From positions 1,760,001-1,824,000 of the forward strand of contig OZ253375.1 in the NCBI GenBank assembly GCA_965261005.1: a DNA stretch of 64,000 nt, read 5' to 3'. This document shows positions 22,711 through 33,472 of the stretch, piece by piece; position 1 is the stretch's first letter; each line of letters opens with the position of its first letter. The translations under genes were made by a program, and so were the position numbers. Under the pieces are notes generated by a model. That model ran no database searches and was not told the origin of the DNA. It saw only the letters and a list, made by a program, of their open reading frames with translations. This DNA is from Deinococcus sp. GTDB taxonomy: Bacteria; Deinococcota; Deinococci; Deinococcales; Deinococcaceae.

Positions 22711-24134
22711 GCGGTCTCCAAGATCAGGTCGGCCGGCAGGTCGCTTGGCGTCGCCAAGGTGCCCAGCACGGCGGTCGCGGCGGCGACGGCGGGGCTGACC
22801 AGGTGGGTGCGGCCCCCCTTCCCCTGACGACCCTCGAAGTTGCGGTTGGAGGTGGAGGCGCAGCGCTGGCCCGGCTGGAGGATGTCGGGGTTCATGCCCA
22901 GGCACATGCTGCACCCCGCCGCGCGCCACTCGAAGCCCGCCGCCTTGAAGACACGGTCGAGACCTTCGCGCTCGGCCTGCGCCCGCACCGCCATCGAGCC
23001 GGGCACGACCAGGGCGCGCAAGCCGGGACGGACTTTGCGCCCGCGCAGCACGCCCGCCGCCACCCGCAAGTCCTCGATGCGCGAGTTGGTGCATGACCCG
23101 ATAAAGACCACGTCCACCGCCACGTCGCGCAGCCTCGTGCCGGCCGTGAGGCCCATGTACTCCAGGGCGCGGCGCTGGCCGTCATCCTGGGCTTCCGGCA
23201 CGGTTCCGGCGATGTCCACGACCTGCGCGGGCGTCGTGCCCCACGAGACGTAGGGAACGAGTTCGTCCGCCCGGATCACCACCTCCTTGTCAAAGGTGGC
23301 GCCCTCGTCGCTGTGGAGTTCCCGCCACTCGGCCACGGCGCGCTCCCAATCCTCGCCTCCTGGGGCGAATTCGCGGCCCTTCAGGTAGGCGAAGGTGATC
23401 TCGTCGGGCGCGATCAAACCCGCGCGGGCGCCGCCCTCGATGCTCATGTTGCAGACCGTCATGCGGCCCTCCATGCTCAGCGCGCGAATGGCCTCGCCGC
23501 GGTACTCGATGACGTGGCCCGCGCCGCCGTTCGTGCCGATGCGCCCCAGAATGCCCAGGATTAGGTCCTTGGCGCCCAGTCCCTCCGGCACTTGCCCCTC
23601 GACCGTGACGGCCATGGTCCTCGGGCGGCGCTGCGGCAAGGTCTGGGTCGCCAGCACGTGCTCGACCTCGCTGGTGCCGATGCCGTAAGCGAGCGCCCCG
23701 AAGGCGCCGTGCGTGGCGGTGTGCGAGTCGCCGCACACGATGGTCATGCCCGGCTGCGTGAGGCCTAGTTCCGGCCCGATCACGTGGACGATGCCTTGCC
23801 CCGCGCCGCCCATGCGGTAGAGCGTCACGCCGAAGTCAGCGCAGTTCTGCTCTAGGGCGCCGAGTTGCGCCGCCGACACGCGGTCCTCCAGCTCCTCCAG
23901 CGGCCGGTCCACCCGCTCAGTCGGAACGTTGTGGTCCATGGTCGCGACCGTCAGGTCCGGCCGCCGCACGCCGCGCCCGGCCAGGCGCAGCCCTTCAAAG
24001 GCTTGGGGAGAGGTGACCTCGTGAACCAGGTGCAGGTCTACATACAGCAAATCCGGCTCACCGGGGGCCGCATGAACGACGTGGCGGTCCCAGATTTTCT
24101 CGGCCAGGGTTCTCGGGGATTTCGGGGAAGTCAT
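22707..24134 (-). CDS. leuC: 3-isopropylmalate dehydratase-like large subunit
   Basis: [44 protein letters not shown]. Confidence 0.94.
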   Translation of the reverse strand: MTSPKSPRTLAEKIWDRHVVHAAPGEPDLLYVDLHLVHEVTSPQAFEGLRLAGRGVRRPDLTVATMDHNVPTERVDRPLEELEDRVSAAQLGALEQNCADFGVTLYRMGGAGQGIVHVIGPELGLTQPGMTIVCGDSHTATHGAFGALAYGIGTSEVEHVLATQTLPQRRPRTMAVTVEGQVPEGLGAKDLILGILGRIGTNGGAGHVIEYRGEAIRALSMEGRMTVCNMSIEGGARAGLIAPDEITFAYLKGREFAPGGEDWERAVAEWRELHSDEGATFDKEVVIRADELVPYVSWGTTPAQVVDIAGTVPEAQDDGQRRALEYMGLTAGTRLRDVAVDVVFIGSCTNSRIEDLRVAAGVLRGRKVRPGLRALVVPGSMAVRAQAEREGLDRVFKAAGFEWRAAGCSMCLGMNPDILQPGQRCASTSNRNFEGRQGKGGRTHLVSPAVAAATAVLGTLATPSDLPADLILETA

Positions 24135-24159
24135 TGTTCTCCTTTGGGGGGAGGGGTGC

Positions 24160-24840
24160 TCACAGCACGACCGCCAGGCCGCGCGCATGCAGCCCGCGCC
24201 GCCCGTCGGTCAGGGCGGCGATCAGGCGGTCGCGCGAGCGGCGCAGGTGGGCCTGAACATGTTCACACGCGGCCTCAATGTCGCCCGCCCCCAGCAAATC
24301 GAGCAGGCGCACATGGTCCTCGTGGGCGCGGGCGCGGCCCTCGCCGCCGCGCGCCTCCAGCCAGCGGGCGCGCGACAAACGGACCAGCACGTCCTCCAGC
24401 GCCCGCACCAGGAATTCGTTGCCGGACAGCCGGGCCAGCTCGACGTGAAAGCGGGTGGCCTGGCGCATGTAGTCCTCCAAAGGGACGTTCTCGGCGCCGT
24501 CAAAGCGCGCCCGCAGCCGCGCCACTTCTGCCGGCGTTACCCTTTCCGCGCTCAGCCGCAACGCGCTGACCTCCAGCATCTCGCGGAAGGCAAAGGCCTG
24601 TTCGATCTCGGCGAGGTCCAGGGGCGCCACGCTGGAGCTGCGGCCCGCCTTGCGGACCAGCCCCTCGTGTTCCAGCCGCGCCAGCGCGCCGCGCACGGTG
24701 GTCCGCGAGGTGCCGAACAAGTCGCACAAGCGGCTCTCGGTGAGGGCCTCACCGGGGCGCAACTCCAGGCTCAGGATGGCCTCGCGTAGGCGCCGGTGGG
24801 TCAGAGCGGCGCTGGAATCGGTGACGGCTGTTGGGTCCAA
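24160..24840 (-). CDS. GntR/FadR-family regulator (FCD domain)
   Basis: w[33 protein letters not shown]; start placed at TTG 24840. Confidence 0.9.
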   Translation of the reverse strand: MDPTAVTDSSAALTHRRLREAILSLELRPGEALTESRLCDLFGTSRTTVRGALARLEHEGLVRKAGRSSSVAPLDLAEIEQAFAFREMLEVSALRLSAERVTPAEVARLRARFDGAENVPLEDYMRQATRFHVELARLSGNEFLVRALEDVLVRLSRARWLEARGGEGRARAHEDHVRLLDLLGAGDIEAACEHVQAHLRRSRDRLIAALTDGRRGLHARGLAVVL

Positions 24841-24854
24841 GGTTCCGCTTTCCT

Positions 24855-24889
24855 TTCGGTATACCGAATTTGTATACCGAACTGTACAG
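24855..24889. promoter_or_regulatory. Tandem GntR-type operators
   Basis: Perfect palindrome TTCGGTATACCGAA followed by TTTGTATACCGAA and CTGTACAG. Confidence 0.7.
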
Positions 24890-25046
24890 CGGGAAGCCGG
24901 AAGCCGCAAGGCACTTCAGAAAAGGGACCGTTCAGGCCAAGGGGGAGCAGATCCACTCGGTTGCCCGGATAGGACATTCGCAGGAGATCTGGCGAACGCG
25001 TCCTCATGGGCGCCGTTCTGCCCAAGATGGGCGCTGTTTTGGCCAA

Positions 25047-25110
25047 GAAGACGCGGAGCGAGTACAAGAAAATACGGATGGGGCAAAGATGGAAATCTAT
25101 GTTGGCGCTT
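25047..25110 (-). repeat. Truncated copy of an intergenic small repeat
   Basis: Reverse complement shares 23 identical nt (AAGCGCCAACATAGATTTCCATC) plus TACTCGCTCCGC with 32356-32412. Confidence 0.85.
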
Positions 25111-25265
25111 CAGGCAACCGCGAAGTCCCGAAACGAGGGCGAGGTGACTCGCTTGGCTCCTCCCCATGAAGGAAGGGAGAAAAGCGTACGAAACGACTTC
25201 CCAGTTGCCCTGGAACAGCCTCCTCCACAGCCCCAGCTCACCCCCTTGCGGAACCATAGAGCGAC

Positions 25266-25778
25266 GTGCGACGCCCGCTCTCCCTTCTCTTCAGCCTGCT
25301 CGTCCTCGCCGCCCTGGGTTACCTGGCCTACCCCTCGCTCAAGAACGCCGCGCGCACGGCCGAGCTGTTGCGCGCGCCGGCGCTGGGCAGTTTGGCAAGT
25401 CCCTTGCCGGGCCGGCGCTTCGCCGACACTTGGGGCGCGGCCAGAACCCGGGGGCGCCGGCACGAGGGGGTGGACATCTTCGCGCCCACAGCAACGCCGG
25501 TCAGGAGCGCGACGCGGGGCGTCGTTTCACGCGTGGGCGACAACGCCCTGGGCGGGCGGACGGTCACGGTGCTGGGACCGGGCGGCTATCACCACTACTA
25601 CGCCCACCTGTCGCGCTACGCGGAAGAGAAGGTGGGCGACTGGGTCGCGGCGGGGGACGTGCTGGGGTTCGTGGGCAACAGCGGCAACGCGCGGGGCACG
25701 CCGCCACACCTGCACTACGGGGTGTACACGCCGAACTGGCAAGCGGTCAACCCTTATCCCTTGCTAAAGCCAGATTAA
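25266..25778 (+). CDS. M23-family metallopeptidase
   Basis: HEGVD, YAHL, PHLHY; N-terminal TM/signal. Confidence 0.93.
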   Translation: MRRPLSLLFSLLVLAALGYLAYPSLKNAARTAELLRAPALGSLASPLPGRRFADTWGAARTRGRRHEGVDIFAPTATPVRSATRGVVSRVGDNALGGRTVTVLGPGGYHHYYAHLSRYAEEKVGDWVAAGDVLGFVGNSGNARGTPPHLHYGVYTPNWQAVNPYPLLKPD

Positions 25779-25835
25779 GCGCGGCTCCACGCCAGCCGTA
25801 GGATTTTACATAGACGCTTCGTTTAAGGTGGGGCC

Positions 25836-26078
25836 ATGACGGTCTTTCTGGGGGGCGAGCACGCACGCGCGGCGCAGACGGTGCGCGCTTTGCTGGCGGA
25901 CAGCTCGCCCACGCGCGCGGAAGATTTGCGCGACGCGCTGACGCAGTTGGCGCACAGCATGGCCGGGCGCGAGCCGCGCGAAGAGGAACATTGCGCCGTG
26001 CTGCTCGGCGATGACGCCTTCGAGGCGCTGCTGCGCCGCTACCTGCATGAGGGGTTGCGGCAGTTCGGCAAGCTTTAA
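25836..26078 (+). CDS. Small hypothetical protein
   Basis: 80-aa ORF with GC-rich third codon positions and a GGTGG SD-like sequence. Confidence 0.6.
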   Translation: MTVFLGGEHARAAQTVRALLADSSPTRAEDLRDALTQLAHSMAGREPREEEHCAVLLGDDAFEALLRRYLHEGLRQFGKL

Positions 26079-26103
26079 GAGTTTGCCTTCCGAGGACGCT
26101 CGC

Positions 26104-26240
26104 TCAAGTCTGCACCCCGCCCTTTCCCTTGATCAGCAGCCGCAGCATGACGGGGCGAAGATGGTGGTGATCAGGGCCATCATCTGCACCTGGGCGCAGA
26201 TCACGCCCGTGATCAGCCCGAGACCCCCGACGGCGGCGCT
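26104..26240 (-). pseudogene. Relic of a membrane-transporter C-terminus (possibly cation:proton antiporter)
   Basis: VGGLGLITGVICAQVQMMALITTIFAP, frameshift, then VMLRLLIKGKGGVQT*. Confidence 0.35.
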
Positions 26241-26300
26241 GTGACGCCCCAGGTTGCTCGCCACGGTTCATGCCGTTTCCGCCTGCTATAACACTCCCTC

Positions 26301-27368
26301 GTGAAGCACCTCACCGCCTCCCCCACCCCGCGCGACCTCGGCTTCGCCATGCCGCCCGAGTGGGCGCCGCACGCGGCCACCTGGATGAGCTGGCCCTTCG
26401 ACGACGCGCTGTGGTTCGGCCGCTTGGAGGGGGTGCGGCGCGAGTTCGCCGACTTGGTGCGGACCATCGCCGCCTTCGAGCGGGTCGAACTGCTGGTGCG
26501 CGACGAGGCGGGTGAGGCGGACGCCCGCACCCGCTTGGAAGGGGCGGACGTGCGCTACCACCGCGTCCCCCTCGACGACGTGTGGCTGCGCGACAACGGG
26601 CCGCTGTTCGTGACCAGAGGACAAGACCTGAGCCTGGTCAACTGGACCTTCAACGCCTGGGGCGGCAAGTTCAATTGGCTGCAAGATGACCGGGTGCCGG
26701 AGGCGCTGGCGGCCGAACTGGGCGCGGCCCACTGGGACGTGCCGGTGGTGCTGGAGGGCGGCAGCCTGGACCTCAGCGGCGACGGGACCGTGCTGACCAC
26801 CCGCTCGTGCCTGCTCTCCCCGGAGCGCAACCCGAACCTCGGCGAGGCGGACTACGCCGCGCTGCTGGGCGCCTACCTGGGAACGGAGCGGGTGCTGTGG
26901 TTGGGCGGCGGCCTGGATGGCGACCACACCGACGGTCACATCGACACCCTGACCCGCTTCGTGAGCGCGCGGACCATCGTCACGTCCACCACAGAGGATT
27001 CCAGGGACCCCAACTTCGCGACCTTGCAGGGCAATTTGGAGCGGCTGCGCGGCTTTTTGGGCGCGGGTGGGCAACCCTACGACATCGTGGAGCTGCCCCT
27101 GCCGCAGCAACCGGACGGGCCGGAGGGGCCGCTGGCCGCCAGCTACGCCAACTTCTACATCGGCAACGGCTTCGTGGTGGTCCCGCAGTACGGCGATCCG
27201 GCCGACGCACGGGCGCTGTCCATCCTGACGCCGCTGTTTCCCGGCCGCGCGGTGCTGGGCCGGATGTCGCGCGAGCTGATTGTGGGCGGGGGCAGCTTTC
27301 ACTGCGTCACCCAGCAACAGCCGAAGGGCAAGATTTGGAAGGGGAAAGACCTTGACGAGTGTGAGTAG
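26301..27368 (+). CDS. aguA: Agmatine deiminase
   Basis: MPPEWAPH, WLRDNGP, EGGS, DHTDGHID, GGSFHC. Confidence 0.93.
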   Translation: MKHLTASPTPRDLGFAMPPEWAPHAATWMSWPFDDALWFGRLEGVRREFADLVRTIAAFERVELLVRDEAGEADARTRLEGADVRYHRVPLDDVWLRDNGPLFVTRGQDLSLVNWTFNAWGGKFNWLQDDRVPEALAAELGAAHWDVPVVLEGGSLDLSGDGTVLTTRSCLLSPERNPNLGEADYAALLGAYLGTERVLWLGGGLDGDHTDGHIDTLTRFVSARTIVTSTTEDSRDPNFATLQGNLERLRGFLGAGGQPYDIVELPLPQQPDGPEGPLAASYANFYIGNGFVVVPQYGDPADARALSILTPLFPGRAVLGRMSRELIVGGGSFHCVTQQQPKGKIWKGKDLDECE

Positions 27369-28257
27369 GACTGAGGCGAATACGGTCCGGCTGGCCGCCG
27401 TGCAGATGGGCATGACGAGCGTGCTGGAGGAGAATTTGACGAGGGCGGAGGCGCTGGTGCGCGAGGCCGCCGCCCGGGGGGCCAACATCATTCTGTTGCC
27501 CGAGCTGTTCGAGAACCTCTACTTCTGCCAGGTGGAGCGCGAGGAATTCTTCGAGCTGGCCCATCCGGTCGAGGGACATCCCTTTTTGGGACGCTTTCAG
27601 GCGCTGGCGCAAGAACTCGGCGTGGTGCTGCCGCTGAGCTTTTTCGAAAAGGCCGGGCAAGCCCACTACAACAGCCTCGCCGCCATAGACGCCGACGGCA
27701 CGCTGCTGGGCGTCTACCGCAAGAGCCACATTCCCGACGGCCCCGGCTACGAGGAGAAGTACTACTTCACCCCCGGCGACAGCGGCTTTAAAGTCTGGGA
27801 CACCCGCTACGGCCGTGTCGGCGCCGGCATCTGCTGGGACCAGTGGTATCCCGAGACGGCCCGCGCCATGACCCTGATGGGCGCCGAGCTGCTGCTCTAC
27901 CCCACCGCCATCGGCTCCGAGCCGGCCGAGGTCGAAACGCCCAACACCCATTCCATGTGGCAGCGCGCCATGCAGGGGCACGCCGTCAGCAACGTCGTGT
28001 ACCTGGGCGCCGCCAACCGGGTGGGCAGCGAGACCATCCTGGGCCACCAGCAGGCCTTTTACGGCCACTCCTTTCTGGCCGACTACACCGGCGAGATTCA
28101 GGCCGAGCTGGGGGATACGCAGGAGGGCGTCATCACCCTCGACCTCGACTTCGCGGCGGCCCGCGCCTACCGCGCCGGCATGGGCTTTTTCAGGGACCGC
28201 CGCCCCGAGCTGTACGGCGCGCTGCTGACCTCGGACGGGAAGACGCGGCGAGGGTAA
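27361..28257 (+). CDS. aguB: N-carbamoylputrescine amidase
   Basis: Nitrilase triad ELF / RKSHIPDGPGYEEK / ICWDQWYPE; PTAIGSEP. Confidence 0.93.
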   Translation: MSRTEANTVRLAAVQMGMTSVLEENLTRAEALVREAAARGANIILLPELFENLYFCQVEREEFFELAHPVEGHPFLGRFQALAQELGVVLPLSFFEKAGQAHYNSLAAIDADGTLLGVYRKSHIPDGPGYEEKYYFTPGDSGFKVWDTRYGRVGAGICWDQWYPETARAMTLMGAELLLYPTAIGSEPAEVETPNTHSMWQRAMQGHAVSNVVYLGAANRVGSETILGHQQAFYGHSFLADYTGEIQAELGDTQEGVITLDLDFAAARAYRAGMGFFRDRRPELYGALLTSDGKTRRG

Positions 28258-28341
28258 GCGCGGGAGCTGTGCCAAGAAAACCCAAACAGTCGGGTGAAGG
28301 ATCACGCGGCGACCTTCATGTGGGCCGGCTACAACGGGAGC

Positions 28342-29352
28342 ATGAACGCTACGATTTTTAAAGCAAGCGCCGCCCTCCTCTTGTCCGCCTCGCTGATGGC
28401 CTGCACCGAGACCCAGCCGGCCCAGCCAAACCCGCAGCCCGACCCCCTGCCGGGAACGCAGCCCGCCGCCAGCAAGACCTACACCTTGCCCGGCAACACT
28501 GTTTTCCCAGAGGGCGTGGCCTACCAAAGCAGCACCCAGAACTTCTTCGTCAGCAGCACGACCAATGGCGCCATCTACAAAGGCAACTTGAATGACGCTG
28601 TCGCCAGCGTTTTCTTGCCCGGCAACACGGACGGGCGCACGACCGCCATCGGCCTCAAGGTGGACGATCAGGGGCGGCTATTTGTGGCGGGCGGCGGGAC
28701 CGGCAAGATGTTCGCCTACGACGTGAACACCGGGGCGCTGCTGAGGGCCTACGACACGACCAGCGATCCCAACACCAACACCTTTATCAACGACGTGGCC
28801 CTGACGCCGGACGCGGCCTACTTCACCGACTCGCGCCGGCCCATTTTGTTTCGGGTAACCAAGACCGCGACCGGGCTGGGCGAGACGGCCGAGCCGTGGC
28901 TCGACCTGACGACCGTTCCGAACACCCCCATCAAGTACCAACAGCAGGGCTTCAACCTCAACGGTATCGCGGCCACGCCGGACGGCAAGTACCTGATCGT
29001 GGTGCAGAGCAACACCGGCCAGCTCTTCCGGATCGGCACCTTAGATAAGTCGGTCACGGAGATTCAGTTCGGCGGCATGGTCATGAACGGCGACGGCATC
29101 CTGCTGGACGGCCAGACCCTCTACGTCTCGCGCAACGCCGACAAGATCATCGTGCCCATCACCCTGGGCGCCGACTTCACGACCGGCACCATCGGCACGC
29201 CCTTCTCGGACGCGACGCTGATGTACCCAACCACGCTCGCGCACGCCGGCAACCGCCTGTTGGTGGTGAATTCGCAGTTCAACAAGCGCGGCGACGGCCT
29301 AACGCCCAATCTCCCCTTCACGCTGTCGAACATCGCCATTCCGGGCAAGTGA
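28342..29352 (+). CDS. Beta-propeller lipoprotein (SMP-30/gluconolactonase/NHL-like)
   Basis: Lipobox LMAC; repeated PEGVA / NDVA / NGIA / DGIL blades. Confidence 0.8.
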   Translation: MNATIFKASAALLLSASLMACTETQPAQPNPQPDPLPGTQPAASKTYTLPGNTVFPEGVAYQSSTQNFFVSSTTNGAIYKGNLNDAVASVFLPGNTDGRTTAIGLKVDDQGRLFVAGGGTGKMFAYDVNTGALLRAYDTTSDPNTNTFINDVALTPDAAYFTDSRRPILFRVTKTATGLGETAEPWLDLTTVPNTPIKYQQQGFNLNGIAATPDGKYLIVVQSNTGQLFRIGTLDKSVTEIQFGGMVMNGDGILLDGQTLYVSRNADKIIVPITLGADFTTGTIGTPFSDATLMYPTTLAHAGNRLLVVNSQFNKRGDGLTPNLPFTLSNIAIPGK

Positions 29353-29365
29353 GGTGTTGAGGTTC

Positions 29366-29393
29366 GCCCGCCAGCTTCGGCTGGCGGGCTTTT
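29366..29393 (+). terminator. Rho-independent terminator
   Basis: GCCCGCCAGC-TTCG-GCTGGCGGGC-TTTT. Confidence 0.88.
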
Positions 29394-29409
29394 ACTTCCT
29401 GAAAAAGAC

Positions 29410-30390
29410 CTAAACGTCCGTTCGGGCGCGCTCCCAGTCGCTCACCTTGTCAAGGGCGGCCACCTCGCCTTCCGACAGCTCCAGTTCGGCGGCGGGCAGC
29501 AGTTCTTGCAGTTGCTCCACGCTGTTGGCGCCCACGATGGGGGCGGTCACGTAGGGTTTGGCGAGCAGCCAGGCCAGCGCGATCTGCGCGGTGGTGGCGC
29601 CGCGCGAGGTCGCAATCTCAGACAGTTTGTCCACAACGTCGAAGTTCTGATCCGAGAAGAAGCGCTTCTCGATGGCGCCGGCCCGCTGGCTGTCCGGCAA
29701 GCCTTGGCCCCTTTGGTACTTCCCGGTCAGAAAGCCGCCCGACAGCGGGCTGTAGGGAATCACGCCGACGCCAAAGGCCTCGCAGGCCCGCGCCAACTCG
29801 CGCTCGAAGGCGCCGCGCACGGGGGCGGCGACGGAGTATTCCGGCTGAAGCGCGTCGAAGCGCGCGTAGCCCAGCTTGTCACTCTTCCACAGCGCCTCTG
29901 TTAATCGCCAGGCCGGAAAGTTGCTGGCGCCCAGGTAGCGCACCATGCCCGCGCGCACCAAGTCGTTCAGGGCCTCCATGGTCTCCTCGATGGGCGTCTC
30001 CAGGTCGGGCCAGTGAACTTGGTACAGGTCAACGTAATCGAGGCCCAAGCGGTCGAGGCTCTCCTCGCAGGCTTGCAGCAGCCATCTCTTGGACAGCCCC
30101 TGTCTGAGCGGGCCGCCCATGTCGCCGCGCGCCTTGGTGGCGACCACGAAGTCGGCGCGCTCGCGCCCCGCCAGCCAGCGCCCGATGATCTCCTCGGAGA
30201 CGCCGCCGGGGTTGCCGTCAGCCCAGGTGGTGTAGATGTCGGCGGTGTCGATGAAGTTGCCGCCCGCGTCCGCGTAGGCGTCCAAAATGGCGTGGCTGGT
30301 CCCCTCGTCGGCGGTCCAGCCGAACTGCATGGTGCCGAGGACCAGGGCCGAGACCTTGAGGCCGGTGCGTCCGAGTCTGCGCTGTTGCAT
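29410..30390 (-). CDS. Aldo/keto reductase
   Basis: [38 protein letters not shown]. Confidence 0.93.
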   Translation of the reverse strand: MQQRRLGRTGLKVSALVLGTMQFGWTADEGTSHAILDAYADAGGNFIDTADIYTTWADGNPGGVSEEIIGRWLAGRERADFVVATKARGDMGGPLRQGLSKRWLLQACEESLDRLGLDYVDLYQVHWPDLETPIEETMEALNDLVRAGMVRYLGASNFPAWRLTEALWKSDKLGYARFDALQPEYSVAAPVRGAFERELARACEAFGVGVIPYSPLSGGFLTGKYQRGQGLPDSQRAGAIEKRFFSDQNFDVVDKLSEIATSRGATTAQIALAWLLAKPYVTAPIVGANSVEQLQELLPAAELELSEGEVAALDKVSDWERARTDV

Positions 30391-30462
30391 GCCCGATTCT
30401 TGGGGGATGGCCCTCGCGCGGCGGCGTAAGGCGTGACACAATGCCGCCATGCTGAGGCAAGC

Positions 30463-31341
30463 ATGAACCCCGCCGTCAACCGCGCGACCCTTCTTTCCGC
30501 CGGCAAGAACCTGACCACTTGGCTGACCGTGCTGCAAGCCGTGAACCTGCTGACCGGCGTGGCCACCTTGGCGCTGGTGGCGCTGCCGGGCAATCCGGGC
30601 GCGGGCGCCGAGGCCGAGTTGGGCGTGTCACGCGCCGCCGCCCTCGGTCTGGGCGCGGCGCAGCTCGCCTGGACCGTTTTTTACCTTCTGGCCTTGCAGT
30701 GGGCCAAGGGCTGGCTGGGCGGGGCCAGCCGCTGGGCCGCCGGCGAGAGAACGGCGGACGTGGGCGCGCTGGCGCGCCCAACACGGCTGCTGAGCGGCTT
30801 CCTGACGCTGTTTCAGTGGCTGCCGCTGATCGCCGCGCTGCTGCTGGGGCCGTGGCTGTGGGGCGCGCTGGGCAACCTGAACGCCGCCGACCTCGCGGGC
30901 ACAGACTTGTCGCCCCAGCTTCAGACCCTCAACCTAACCCCCGAGCAGCTGAGCGCCGCCGTGCGCCTGAGCGCCGGCTTGACGCTGGTCGCCTTCGGGT
31001 TGCCCGCCTTCGTCATCAACTTCGCCGTCCTCGGCTGGATCAGGCGCTGGATGCGCGGCGTCGCGGGGACGATTCAGGGGAGCGGCGCGTCAGACCGTCT
31101 GCCCGCCCTGGCCGCCACCATCGGGCGCTGGTTCACGTTTTTCCAGGGCCTCTTGGTCTTTTTTATTCTGCTGATCCTGCTGGTGCCGCTGCTGGGCACG
31201 CCTTCCGGCGTGGGCGCGGGACTGGGCGGGCGGCTCAACTTGCTGCTGACCTTTTTGAACTTGGCGCTGCTGTTCGCCTTGCTGCGCTGGTCGAAGGTCG
31301 TGCTCTCGGGCGTGACGGCGCGGGCCACCGGCACCAATTGA
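30463..31341 (+). CDS. Hypothetical membrane protein with a threefold internal repeat
   Basis: About 6 TM helices; recurring W/F-x-T-x-x-Q and L-x-W-x-K/R units. Confidence 0.75.
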   Translation: MNPAVNRATLLSAGKNLTTWLTVLQAVNLLTGVATLALVALPGNPGAGAEAELGVSRAAALGLGAAQLAWTVFYLLALQWAKGWLGGASRWAAGERTADVGALARPTRLLSGFLTLFQWLPLIAALLLGPWLWGALGNLNAADLAGTDLSPQLQTLNLTPEQLSAAVRLSAGLTLVAFGLPAFVINFAVLGWIRRWMRGVAGTIQGSGASDRLPALAATIGRWFTFFQGLLVFFILLILLVPLLGTPSGVGAGLGGRLNLLLTFLNLALLFALLRWSKVVLSGVTARATGTN

Positions 31342-31400
31342 GACGCCCAATTGAGACACAACGCGCCGCCCCCCAGCGGGGCCGTTGCTACAGTTCCCCC

Positions 31401-32315
31401 ATGCCGTGGTTGCGCCCCCTCTCGATTCCCGCAGCAGCGCAAAGCGCCTACGGCGACTTTCTGCACGACCTCGACGCCCAGTTGCGCGACCCCGCCACCG
31501 AGCGCGGCCACCTGACGCGCGACCTGCTGGCCCAGCTGCTGCACGCCCGCCCGTATGAACAATTGCTCGCCGACGCGCCCCTGATGGCCCTTAGCCTCGA
31601 CCCCGCCAACGTCACCCTCGAAGCCGAGGCTTACGCCGCCACCGACCCCGTGAAGTTCGCGCGGGTCAAGCCGCTGTTGTGGCTGTGGCAAAGCGCCGAC
31701 CCCTCGCCCAGCGGCCAGAACGCGGCCTTCGGGTTGCCGTTCCGGCGCGTGCTGGCGGCGCACGTCTTCGAGCACGTCGGCCAGAACTTCAAGTGTTGGC
31801 CGGGCGTGCAGTTCTCGGTGGGCTACAACATGTGGGTCGGCGACGACGTGGTGGTGCACCGCGACGTGCTGCTGGACGACATCGGGGGCATCGAGCTGCA
31901 CAGCGGCGCCTCGGTCAGCGATTACGTGAGCGTCTACAGCCACGGCCACTCGGTGCTGGACATGCCCGACGTGACCTTGCGCCGCACCGTGATCGGGCGC
32001 GGGGCGCGCGTGACCTACCACGCTACCATTCTCGCCGGTAGCGTGGTCAGCGACGACGCGATGGTGGCGACCGGCGCCTTGGTGCGCGGCGGGGTGCCGC
32101 CGCACGGCATCGCGATGGGCGTGCCCGCCCGCGTGACGCGCTACAAGGACCGTCCCGAGTGGGGGCCGCACGAGGTGGACAGCCGCAAGGTCGCCGGCGA
32201 GCCGCGCAAGGGCAACCCCGACTTTCCGGACCCCACCCCCGCGCAGACGCGCTTGCCGGGGGACCGTGAGGGCGCCGAGGCGCCCCGCCCGTCCCAGCTA
32301 CTGGCCGAGCGCTGA
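31401..32315 (+). CDS. Hexapeptide-repeat (left-handed beta-helix) acyltransferase
   Basis: VGDDVVVH, IGRGARV, AMGVPAR; leaderless TACAGT-6nt-ATG. Confidence 0.85.
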   Translation: MPWLRPLSIPAAAQSAYGDFLHDLDAQLRDPATERGHLTRDLLAQLLHARPYEQLLADAPLMALSLDPANVTLEAEAYAATDPVKFARVKPLLWLWQSADPSPSGQNAAFGLPFRRVLAAHVFEHVGQNFKCWPGVQFSVGYNMWVGDDVVVHRDVLLDDIGGIELHSGASVSDYVSVYSHGHSVLDMPDVTLRRTVIGRGARVTYHATILAGSVVSDDAMVATGALVRGGVPPHGIAMGVPARVTRYKDRPEWGPHEVDSRKVAGEPRKGNPDFPDPTPAQTRLPGDREGAEAPRPSQLLAER

Positions 32316-32320
32316 CGCTC

Positions 32321-32446
32321 ATACGGGATTGCTTTGATTCCAATCTATGCTGGAAAAGCGCCAACATAGATTTCCATCGTCGCCATCCCGTACTCTCTTC
32401 TACTCGCTCCGCTTGGATTCGTCTTCGACTCATCTTAAGTTCGTAT
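32321..32446 (+). repeat. Full-length ~126-bp MITE-like small intergenic repeat
   Basis: Terminal ATACG...CGTAT; internal hairpin ATCTATGCTGG/CCAACATAGAT; related copies at 25047 and 3801. Confidence 0.82.
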
Positions 32447-33165
32447 CACTTCTCGTCTTGCAGCGGGTCCTTGACGGCCGGCGTCGCGTGGCGGTCGCCG
32501 CAGCGCGGGCAGGCTTGCCCGGAGAGTTGCGCGGCGCGCACCTGGCCACAGTTGGTGCAGGCGATAGGGTCGTCGTCCCGCGCGCTTTCCGGTACCTCGT
32601 CCGGGGCGCGCAAGTCCCACGGCGGCACGATGGACAGCCCGGGGCGCACCTTTCCCCGCTCATATTGAAACACACTGAGCTGGCCGCCCTGCTCGACAAA
32701 AGCGTACTGCACCTCGCCGAGCTGGCTGACCCCGGCCACCCGCAGACGTTCGAACAGCTCCTCGGCCGAGAGGTTGATCTGTTTGAGGCCGTCCAGCTCC
32801 AAGCGCCCCCCGCGCGCCAGGCAAACCGGGTGGCCCTCCATAAAGGTCTCGGCGCGCTCATTGCGGCTGATCAGCTGCGCCAGGCCCCACTGCATGCCCA
32901 CGATCAGCGCGATCACCAGCATGCCGTAAAGCAGCGGCACCTCCGGGTAAAACAGCGGGTCGCCCGCCGCCGACCCGAGGGCGATCACGATGCCGAACTC
33001 CACCACCGACAGCTGTGAGAGGCCGCGCCGCCCCACCACCCGCAGCAGCAGCAGCAGCCACAGGTACATCACGACCGTGCGAAAGACGACCTCCAGCAAA
33101 AACAGCGGCGGCGCGTCGCCCAGCCACAAGCGGTGCCAATCGAAGGGCACGATGTCGGTGTTCAC
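32446..33165 (-). CDS. DUF421 (YetF/YcaP) membrane protein with C-terminal CxxC..CxxC
   Basis: GRRGLSQLS, ALGSAAGDP, FVEQGGQLS, CTNC/CPRC. Confidence 0.88.
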   Translation of the reverse strand: MNTDIVPFDWHRLWLGDAPPLFLLEVVFRTVVMYLWLLLLLRVVGRRGLSQLSVVEFGIVIALGSAAGDPLFYPEVPLLYGMLVIALIVGMQWGLAQLISRNERAETFMEGHPVCLARGGRLELDGLKQINLSAEELFERLRVAGVSQLGEVQYAFVEQGGQLSVFQYERGKVRPGLSIVPPWDLRAPDEVPESARDDDPIACTNCGQVRAAQLSGQACPRCGDRHATPAVKDPLQDEK

Positions 33166-33174
33166 GGGGTCAGC

Positions 33175-33378
33175 TTAAGGGCTGTCACCCTGGGCCAGGT
33201 CCGCCTCGGTCAGCCCCAGGCCGGCCAGCACCCGCTCGCGCGGCCAGCTGGTCAGGGCGACCAGCTCGGCCAGCGCCGCCCCAAACCCGGCCGCCTCAGC
33301 GTCGGGACTGTCCGGCCCGGCGGCCCTGAGCCGCGCCCATAGGGCGTTGCGCCGGCGCAATTGGGCGGGGGTCAACAT
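33175..33378 (-). CDS. Small hypothetical protein
   Basis: 67-aa ORF directly upstream of the DUF421 gene. Confidence 0.6.
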   Translation of the reverse strand: MLTPAQLRRRNALWARLRAAGPDSPDAEAAGFGAALAELVALTSWPRERVLAGLGLTEADLAQGDSP

Positions 33379-33472
33379 CTGTCCGGCCGGGCAGCCGAAG
33401 ACAGCGCCGCGCAATGTCGAAAATGCCGAACTTCCCAAGCGCAGTTCATCCGGGCACACTACAATAAACGCC

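Noticed and set aside
24880..24915. Cobalamin-riboswitch-like words (AACTGTA, GGGAAG, AGCCGGAAG)
   Set aside because: The 5' core elements are missing, there is no B12-related downstream gene, and the region is better explained as the GntR promoter
25006..25048. 21-bp imperfect tandem repeat as a possible CRISPR remnant
   Set aside because: Only two adjacent units, with no spacers and no cas genes
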